A stretch of 64,000 bases of DNA. Source: Lama glama. Lineage: Eukaryota. The notes under the pieces are model-generated. The model had not been told where the DNA came from, searched no databases, and saw nothing but the letters and a program-made list of their open reading frames with translations. The translations under genes were made by a program, and so were the position numbers. Each line of letters begins with the position of its first letter. The first letter of the stretch is position 1. Positions 55,151 to 64,000 of this stretch are shown here, one piece after another. The stretch is from positions 59,398,001 to 59,462,000 of the forward strand of contig CM052816.1 in the NCBI GenBank assembly GCA_028534125.1, written 5' to 3'.

Positions 55151-55371
55151 GACCAGCATGTCCTAAAACGGAGTTGTAAACTCCACCTCGCAGGCCCACC
55201 CCAGCCCATCGCCTGTTTTCGTAAATGACTCCTGCTGTCTGTAGGCTTTCACGCTCCCACGGCAGGGTGGGGAGACGCAGCAGGGCTGAACGGCCCACAC
55301 GGCTCTACAGGAGGCTGCTGACTCCTGCTCCAAGTTACACTGGGGACAGAGAGGGACTGTCCCTCTCACAC

Positions 55372-55490
55372 CTTTTTTTGGGGGGGGGTGGTAATTAGGT
55401 TTTTATTATTCTGATGGAGGTACTGGGGATTGAACTCAGGACCTTGTGCATGCTAAGCGTGGCTCTGCCACGGAGCTGTATTCTCCCCCC
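55372..55490 (-). mobile_element. tRNA-derived SINE, Vic-1-like (camelid)
   Basis: Minus strand: GGGGGGAGAATACAGCTCCGTGGCAGAG (A-box-like)...GCATGCACAAGGTCCTGAGTTCAATCCCCAGTACCTCC (B-box)...AAACCTAATTACCACCCCCCCCCAAAAAAA. This head and tail resemble camelid Vic-1 as I recall it. Confidence 0.8.
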
Positions 55491-56699
55491 TTACACATAC
55501 CTTTTAAAAGTACAAACACATCTGATGGCTGTTGTGATACAGACAATTTAATATCTGGGAGAAAGTTTAGCATGTATCTAATTCCTTCCCATCTGTTTAA
55601 AAGGGGGAGGAATCTGAGGTCTGGGGACATGAGAAAAATGGCTCTTCAATGACACTGATAATTGCAGAGCCAGGTCTGGAATCAAAATCCCCACCCCACT
55701 GCCCTGCTGTGTTTGGGACATTGCCTCAACTTTCAATTAGCACCTTAGCAGGGATGAGTTGAGAGGAGTTGAGAGCAAGCCTGGAACAAGTGAGAGGTAC
55801 CACCCAGCAGATGGAGAAGGAAGTTAAAGGTAAGTACAGAGAGGCTGGCAGGGAGGAAACAGTCTGTGCTGATAAACAGACGGAGAGGTGGCTACTTCAC
55901 AGCTTCGTCCGGAGCCAGCCCGGGAGAGGCCACGCAAGCCTGCCGGATTCCCAGCCCCTGACTTCCCTCTCAACTAATGTAGACTGTCTACTGGACACTC
56001 AAAAGTGGATTATTTTGTAAATGTTATTAACTATGTATTTGGTGAATCCCTACTGGATTGTAAATGCCTTGAGGAAAATTCCAAAGGTCATGAACACAGG
56101 AGGTCTAGAGTCTGCAAAGAGAGCCGCACCCTGAGAAGTCAGAATGGAAATATCAGGCTGATTATTTCCTACTCTTTTTCAAGGCCCATCCACAAGAAAG
56201 TTCACATGAGAGCTTTCTTTCTGATCATTTTCATCACTGGTAATTTGCAAAGCTCTCATTTTATCTTAGAGCTTCAAAAGAATACACTGTCAAAACCAGC
56301 TTCTTCATGACTTGTCATTTACCAGTTCCTCCTCTATTTCTAAGGGAACAAATGCAACTGAAATCTCAACTCCTGCTTCTTCTTTTAACACTTTGGGGAG
56401 TCAGTGTTAATCAAATACTAATGAGAATCAAGAGAGAGGATTTGTTATGTAATTTTTGCAGCTACAGAAATGCAAATGATATTTTAGATCAGTCTAATTT
56501 CACAACTAGTGTGTTGCTTTGTTGAATCTGTTCAAAACTTCACGGTCTGAACCATAGACAAATGCAAATCTACTGGCATACGTCACTAATATGAAATTCT
56601 AACAATTTCGGAAACTTCAGATGCCATAATAACACCAGTCCAGACAGAGGAAATATTTTGTAAAATTATCAACCTTCTTGGAACAGTTTGCAGTTAGAG

Positions 56700-57140
56700 T
56701 TTGTGGCTCACATGTGTTAATTTACTCAGTTGGGACATCATGGCACATTTGCTCTATCTGCCTACCCCCAGCTCCTCAGGACTTGCAGCCCTGGTCCTGA
56801 TACAATCTGCATGGGTTATTGCAGGAGCATCCACGTCGGCCACAGATCGGTGCGGTGTGTGAATCAACGTGAGTCAGTTGCGACGTTTTCTTTTATGTTG
56901 ACAAGAAACGTCACGGGAGCTGACTTGAGAGGAGACAGAAAGAAGAACAAAGAAGATGTGCAAAGGGGAAGAACTGAGGAGGGCTACCACAGTCCTGAGT
57001 TCCCGACTGCAGCTTTTCCTGCAGATTCAGTTTTGCATTCCATGAGATGCCTCTATATCCTTACAATAAAATGTTATTTTTGCTTAAGCCTTTTGGAGTG
57101 GGGTTTCTGTCACTGGGCACTAAATGTCTTAAGAAATACA
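56700..57140 (+). mobile_element. Old ERVL-type LTR (LTR16/LTR33-like)
   Basis: 3' terminus AATAAAATGTTATTTTTGCTTAAGCC...GGGTTTCTGTCACTGGGCACTAAATGTCTTAAGAAATACA. The 5' boundary is uncertain. Confidence 0.55.
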
Positions 57141-57479
57141 GCTTCACAAACTTTAAGGAGAAAATAGAATTTTGCTACAAGGATATGTGTATTTACTAGG
57201 AAAGTTCATTTACTCATCAGTAAGCGTCTTCAAGTTATAACTGAAGGCAGATTAACTGGGCCATTGACTTGAACTTAGTAAAAGGTTCAACAAATTTTTG
57301 TTGTGGTGGTTGCTGTTGTTTTATTGAATAATAAGTAGCAAGGACTGGGGAGTGACATACTGATGAAAAGAGAAGTAAAGCACATGAGGAAAGGAAAGCA
57401 CAGGCCACACGCCAAGACTGAAGGTCCACCCTCATTCTGACCATGTCTGGTTCCGGTCCCTGTCCCTGCCTCAACAAAT

Positions 57480-58500
57480 AGCACAGTTATCCGGTCTGTT
57501 GTGTGTGCAGAAGCCAGGTAATCATTCTCTCTCTTTTGTCCTGTACCGAGTCCATCATTTCATCATTCCACTGGTCCCAGTGGTTTAACAAAAAGAAACC
57601 TCTCATGTTTATCCATTTCTTTTCATCTCCAGTGCTGCTACCCTAATCCAAAGTTGCATCATTTCATTGTCACTTAATTGGTCTCCTTTCTGAAATCTCT
57701 TAATTCCTAGCATTCCTAACTCCAGTTCCAGCCAGAGGATGCTTTCTGAAATGTAAATCTGATCATGGCATCCATCTCCCCCTGCCCCAGACACACCCAA
57801 TACACATATTCTCTTTTAAACATTTTATGGTTTCTCATTGTTGTAGGGCAATGATTCTTACTCCTGCTTCACAACAAAATCACTTGGAAGATTTCAAACC
57901 AACCAACCACTCAACCAAGCCTCTGCCCAGGTCTCACTTTCAGAAATCTGGATTTAATTGTTCTAGGGGGAATCCTCTTATCGGTATTTCTAGAATGCCC
58001 CCCAGGTGATTCTCAGGAGCAGAGAGAGTTGTGAGAACCGCTCCAGGTCTAGAGGCTAAAATCCTTACCGTGGGCTGTGCCCAGTCTTGCCTCTGCTTCC
58101 TCCTCTGCCATCCCGGCTACCGTCCCCGTGCCGCTCCCCAGCCGCGCTGCTCTTCTCTCAGTTCCTCAAATCCCCACACTCCTTCCTGCCTGGGTCTAGG
58201 GCCTCTGAGAGGTTTCTTCCTGTGACACACTCTCCTCTTCCTCCCCATCTGCATGTTGCACCACCTCCTTAAGGACGACTTCCTTGACCTCCCAGGGTGG
58301 GTCAGCTCCCCATTCCGGGCAGGTCAAGGCTGTCAAACCCTGCCCCCTGCCTTGATAGTGCTCATCACAGTAAGCTTTCCTTTTCTGTGTAATTCTTTGA
58401 ATCGTGTCTGTCTTTCCCACTAAACTATAAACTCTGTATGAGCTGAGACCACATATGCTTTGCTCACATGGCGTTGCATCTCTGGTCCCCAGCCCACGTC
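57480..58500 (+). mobile_element. L2 LINE fragment interrupted by a MER5A MITE
   Basis: L2 motifs TTTCTGAAATGTAAATCTGATCATG and TCTTTCCCACTAAACTATAAACTC...TTGCTCAC flank the MER5A at ~57850-58045. Confidence 0.7.
57850..58045. mobile_element. MER5A-like MITE nested in L2
   Basis: AAATCACTTGGAAGA...CAGAAATCTGGATTTAATTG...CCCCAGGTGATTCT...GTGAGAACCGCT. Confidence 0.7.
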
Positions 58501-59873
58501 TGGAAGAGGAGGCCCCGCTTCCATGTGATGAGGACGCAGTGAGGAGAGGGTGCTATTTACTGAGGGCAGCCCTACTGCTCGGTAGGTTCAAATGAAGCAC
58601 CAAGTTTTTTGTTACAAACGTTATCAAAAACTTCGAAGGGAAACCTATGTCTTGAGTGGCATGGGCAGTGCAAAACTCTCAGGTCACGTGGTCGATGGTG
58701 GTAGATGGTGGCTGGAGGGAGCAGGGCGTGGAAAACTCAAGCCAGGTGAAGCGGCTGGAGGAAAGGCCCTGACCCCGCCAGGTCTGTTCTTTCATTGCAT
58801 CCCCATAAATGTCTGCCTGTGGCTTCAGTGGCCTGGTCTGAAAGCAAAAAAGGAGAACCTTTGCTCGGTAATTCCCATGGGGTCTGGCAGGACAAGGCAG
58901 CAGCCCTATGGGACCACTGGGGCCGAGGACTCCCCCAACTATGAGGCATCTAGTGTGGCAAGAGACCTGGAGCCAGACTCCCTCTTTTCAAACCCCTGCA
59001 GGTAGCTCTGCTACGTAATTACTATGGGACCTGAAGACAAGTTGCTTATGCTCTATGTTTCTGTTTTCAGACTGTAGCGTGAGCAGGATGACGCGCTATA
59101 TCTCACAACTGTTATATAAGACTATAAAATAATCTCCTTAGCACAGCAATTACAAAAATAATGGATTCTAGCTAACATAAGCACAAACTCTTCCTAGCAC
59201 AAGCCTGCTTCAGCCATTGTTTTTATGATTTCACTCCTACTCTGAAAACTACAGCCTTCTCCATCTTGGCTTCTGCACTGGCAGGTCTGCAGCTAGCTGG
59301 AGCCCTGGTGGTTGCGTGCTTTTCACCAACTGTAGCACACACCCAGCTGCCACAGCGCAAACTTTCTGCTATCCAGTGAGAAAAGGCTTCTGGTTTCTGA
59401 AGACCACAGGGCAGCACATTTACAATTTCTGAATTTTAGATCAATCGTAAATGTGCAGATGATCTGCCTTCCAACTGTGTGCACTAAAGTGTCACTGCTG
59501 TCCACAAACATCTATCAAGTGTGCTCTCAACTCCACACCCTGTACCTTCTGCAGTGAAGTTGGAAACCTTGCACCAGTATCCCTTCCTAGGACAGTGACA
59601 GAAGCAACCTTGCTACACAGGACATCCTCCTCTCTCTGGTCTTGCATTACCCCTCGGAATGTATTGCCCAGAACAGGGATAAGGGGCATCTCATTTATTC
59701 ATACTCCCTGGAATGAAATGTTCTGAGCACACTGTAACACTGGAAGCACAGAGAATCGGATACATGACACATCCTTGGTAAAACATCCACTTTAACTAGA
59801 AGATCATTTCTGTTACAACCATACAAATTTCACCTGAAAGTTCAATGTGACTAGCACCTCATTGGAAAAGGAT

Positions 59874-60371
59874 TGTGATGGTGTCAGTTTATGAGTCAAC
59901 AGGACTGGGCCATGAGGTGCCCAGACACTTGGTTAAACGTTATTTTGGGTGTTTCTGAATGACATTACCATCTGCATAGGTAGACTGAGTGAAGCAGCTG
60001 GCTCTCCCTATTGTAGGTACACCCTCTCCAATCATTCGAGGACATGCAGAGAATAAAAGAGGAATTTCCACAAATAAGGAAACGCCTTCTGCTTCACTGC
60101 CTTGAGCTGGGATATTGGTTTTTCTCCTGCCTTGGGACTCAAACTAAAACACTGGCTCTTCCTGAGTCTAAAGCCTGCTGGCTTTCAGACTGGAACTATA
60201 CTCTTGGGTCTCCTGTTCTTAGGTTTTTGGACTCTGATTGGAGTCCTGGCTTTCCTGGGTCTCCAGTTTGTTGACTGAAGATCTTGGGACTTGGCAGCCT
60301 CCATAATCACCAATTCCTTATAATAAATCTCTTTCCATAAATACATTGGTTTTCTGGGGAACCCTAATACA
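59874..60371 (+). mobile_element. MLT2 (ERVL) solo LTR
   Basis: Starts TGTGATGG...GAGTCAACAGGACTGGGCC...GTGCCCAGA and ends GAACCCTAATACA. Flanked by a near-identical 5-bp TSD, AGGAT / AGGAG. Confidence 0.85.
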
Positions 60372-61820
60372 AGGAGCTCAGAAGATTTTTCTGCCTTAGT
60401 AAATAGAGGAGGCCAAATATAATTGGCATTTTCTTGCTAACAAAGATTCAGAAGATTTTAGAGAAATATTGAACATTGTGAACATGAGTCTCTCACTGTA
60501 CAGTGCTGTGGGGGAAAATTAAGGGGAATTAACGTGCATTGAGTACTTGCTATGAGCCAGTCACTTTCACAAACATCAATTTAATGAATTAAAGAATATT
60601 TACCGAGCTAAGAAATTAGTTTAAGAACAAGTCGGAGGCACCAGTTCTATTGCTGCCTTTCGTCATAACTATGGAATTTATTAAACAGAACAAGGCAAAA
60701 GCCTTCTCTTGCTAAGAGAAGCTGCAGAGACTGCAAAGGGAAAGATGCGATTTCTACCCTTGTGTCAATTAACTGAGTTATCATTTTAAAAATGCTGTTC
60801 TTTCTGGCACAACTGCATCACTGTGATGCAAAACAAGCTTGACTTTCTGCCTCCAAGACCCAAAACAGCTAGGATGTTGTTTTAACAATATCGCAGATGA
60901 TGTCTCATGATATCACTGTCACTAACTAGAAATACACTGTGTCACTGTGACAGGTTTTAGGCAGTCTCAGGGACATCTCCACTTCCTCACAGCGTTTTGT
61001 AAATCACAGGAAATCTTCCAGACTCAGCACTGCCCCCCATGTAGAAACTACAGGATCTTATTGCAAGACATGAGGAAAGCATCAGGAAGTTAGCTTTTCT
61101 GACCTTTGTCTGAAGAGACCCACTTGGAGTCCCGGGGCCTCCTGGTGAGATCTTTCTGGGGCTTTTCTTTATCTGCCTGAGGGAATGGATAGACAGGTCC
61201 AGGGGGAAAAGGACTCCGCTGAGATCAACAGGTTGGCAGAGTCTCCAGCTCACTCACCCCTCATATATGGAAAAGATCTAACCCTCAGTGACCCTGCAAT
61301 TTTTAATAAAGTCATAACCCCAAACAGTAACTGACAAAATGTTTTGCAATGGAAAGGCAGCAGCAACTAGAATTTATGTCTAGAGACTCGAACTTTGTCA
61401 CTTAGCTATGTCACTTGACCTTCCTGGGCTTTAGCTGGAAAGAACTGAGGTGGGGTGAGGACTGGGAGGGAGTGGAGGGTGGGACCACAGGATTTCTGAG
61501 ACTCCTTTACTTTTAAAACCCAAGGTTTTTTGTTATCTCTCTATGTAGAGTGGTTTTATCAGTGTGATAAGCTTACCAACTTATCAAAGGTAAAAATTTG
61601 GCAGCCACAAAGCCCCTTCTCATTTATTTGGACTGTAGGGTCCTAGCCTGTCAACCCTCTGTTTAGTTTAACAAGTGCTTTGGAGCATTTGCTACAAGTC
61701 CCTGTGCTAGGTTCTGGAAATGCAAAATGAACTCAGACTTGTGAGGTCTTAAGGAAGATGCAGGGTGCTGGTTTAATATACTCTAAATTGTAATTTTTAA
61801 AGAAAAACACAAAAACATAC

Positions 61821-62295
61821 ATATGGCAGTTTAAAAATGTGTCTCTGATATTCCTCCCAACAAGAGGGGGACAGTCTTAGTGACTTGTTTATAACCAACT
61901 GAGCCTTGTGACTGGGATGCTGTGTGATGGAGGTTAGGTGGGCAAAGGCTACTGCCTGGTTTCCTTGGGACACTGGCCAGGGGGAGCCATGCACCACATA
62001 GGAAGTCTAACTATGCCAGGACCACTATGCTGGTGGAGGTGCTCTGTTAACTACCCCTGCTGAGCTCCCAAGGGGATACCCCCACTGTGGACCCATAAGA
62101 GAGCACATTGGTGCCTTTGATGACCGGAGCCCCAGCCAACATCTGACTGAAGCAGTATGAAAAATCCCCAGCAAGACCTGCCCAGGCTGAGCTCTTCCTG
62201 AATTCCCAGCTCACAAGACTGTGACCAAAACAAAATGGTGGTTTTGAGCTCCTGGTTTCAGGGTAATTTGTAATGCAGCAACAGTCAGCAGAACA
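61821..62295 (+). mobile_element. MLT1 (MaLR) solo LTR
   Basis: GCCCAGGCTGAGCTCTTCCTGAATTCCCAGCTCACAAGACTGTGA...AAAATGGTGGTTTTGAGC...GGGTAATTTGTAATGCAGCAACAG...AACA. Confidence 0.8.
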
Positions 62296-64000
62296 GTATC
62301 TTCAACAAAATTATTCTTAATTACCACAGAATCAAAGGTGCCACAGAACCATTTATATTTCAATAAATTTTTCCAGTAAGTATACAGTCTGCGCTCAAGG
62401 AGAGAAAGATAACATGGGTAGAAGTGACCTGAAATCCTTGTACACAAATCATGCAGTGTTCTAAAATGCCTTATTTTTTTCAAGTATAGCCCTAAAACTC
62501 AGTTTAAGTTTCCTTAAACTAGAAACACATCCATGGGACATTAGATTCTGAAAACCAAAAATTCAATTGGAGAAAAGTGAAATGAAGATGACCCCTTAAA
62601 TAATAATGACAGTTGTCCTATTTCATCTTATCAGTGCTCTTCAGGATAAATTATTTTTGTTTTTGTTTGGGGGGGGAAAAGTCACCCTGAGTCTTTATTT
62701 ACTCTAACCACAGTGAAACACATTCTGGCCTGGTGATCACAGGAACAATACAGGGAGATAAGAATAGATTCCTGACTCCTATCCGTTTAGCTAAATCATG
62801 TGACACATAACCATTCCCTCATTCATTCGTAGATATTTTCAATACTACCAAGGTTTTCGTGCTCTGTATCAACTGGAGTTTAGCACATAATCCATCTTCA
62901 AAAAACGACAGCATCATGACTTGGTGGACCTAGAACTCATCTGAGGATGAAGCCTCCAGTCGCTGCAGAAAACCTATTTTAACAGGTGACGATTTAAAGG
63001 CCTACCTGGGAAAGCAGCAAGCAGCTAACTTTGCCTTTTCATTTTGGTTTCTCTATTTGCAAAGTTGTAATTACAGTCCTGACCTACCTTAATGGTCACA
63101 GTGTAGATTGGGGGAGGTTGCACACTGCATGGAAAAGAAAAGAAAAGAAGGGGAAAAAAAAAAAAAGCCTGAGAATTAAAAATACTAAATCAGCTTTGCA
63201 AAGGTGGTAGTTTTCAGAACCAACTAAACTTACTTTTTTTTTTTAAAGAGGTTAATCTTTCAAATTTGCATTCTCCCTTGCCACCTTTGCCTGTGCTGTT
63301 ACTTGTTTTTTGTTATCTGAATTTTAATATTCACTATATAAGCAGAGTAAGCAAATGGGTATGTATGTATGTATGAAAGAGGGGGCAGCAGCAAATAAAG
63401 GTAAAAGTCATTCAAGGTCCTTGTGGATTTGGAACTAATAAATGGAACAAGTGGAGAGACATCTATTTTCACAATTGCACTAACTGCAGGTGGTATGTAA
63501 AATCCCGTATTTAAAAAAATTATGAATAAAGGATTATCTAGATAAACAAGTTCAGTAAGATTTCTTTGAGTGGCTTAATGGCTGTCCCTTCATGTATTTG
63601 GAATACGCTTAAAAATACAAAGTTTGTCCTCTGCAAAACTTTTCAGGGATACTTCAGAATATTTATTATTTATTCTGATGTATATACACATACCTCACAG
63701 AAGAAAAAAAGGCAAGTCTATATGAAACAACATTGGGTCCTAAGCCCATGACCAAAAGACATTTTAAAATATAGTTGTTTTTCTTTGCTAACCCAATTGT
63801 TCCCCCAAGATTTCTTCTTTCCTTCCACATTTGTGAGGTCTCATTCTTGTCAGCTTGGCTCTAAGGCTGCATCCTCTCTGAGACCTTCTGGTCTCACGTG
63901 AGTCCTCCTCTCTCTTCTCCTGGGCTCCCGCTGGACTGCCTTCATTTCTCTGTTCGTATAATTCCCACACAAAGCTGAAATGACCTGCTTACAACTTGTC

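Noticed and set aside
55420..55490. tRNA-like A and B boxes
   Set aside because: They are the head of a tRNA-derived SINE with its tail attached, not a tRNA gene.

Overview
Mammalian genomic DNA, most likely a camelid (one Vic-1-like tRNA-derived SINE plus a cetartiodactyl-type L1 3' end). It carries the 5' end of PIK3R1 (PI3K regulatory subunit p85-alpha) on the minus strand. Visible parts are a CpG-island promoter (~46.1-47.8 kb), non-coding exon 1 (donor after 46777), a 10,064-bp intron 1, and a 701-nt exon 2 (36712-36012) encoding the SH3 domain and first proline-rich region. Intron 2 then runs at least 36 kb off the window start. The rest is non-coding, with old repeats (MIR, L2, L1, hAT MERs, MLT1/MLT2 LTRs), microsatellites and a 500-N gap. 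I found no prokaryote-type or novel multi-gene system. The most notable observations are: (1) five upstream ATGs forming four uORFs in the exon 2 5'UTR, including a 27-codon uORF and a 7-codon uORF whose stop overlaps the main start (ATGA); (2) a perfect palindromic steroid response element, AGAACAcacTGTTCT, in intron 1; (3) a 63-bp, 62/63-identical copy of part of an old MLT2 LTR 6.7 kb away, with short duplications at both junctions, suggesting a templated repair insertion. Repeat family names and orthologue comparisons are from recall, not from searches.
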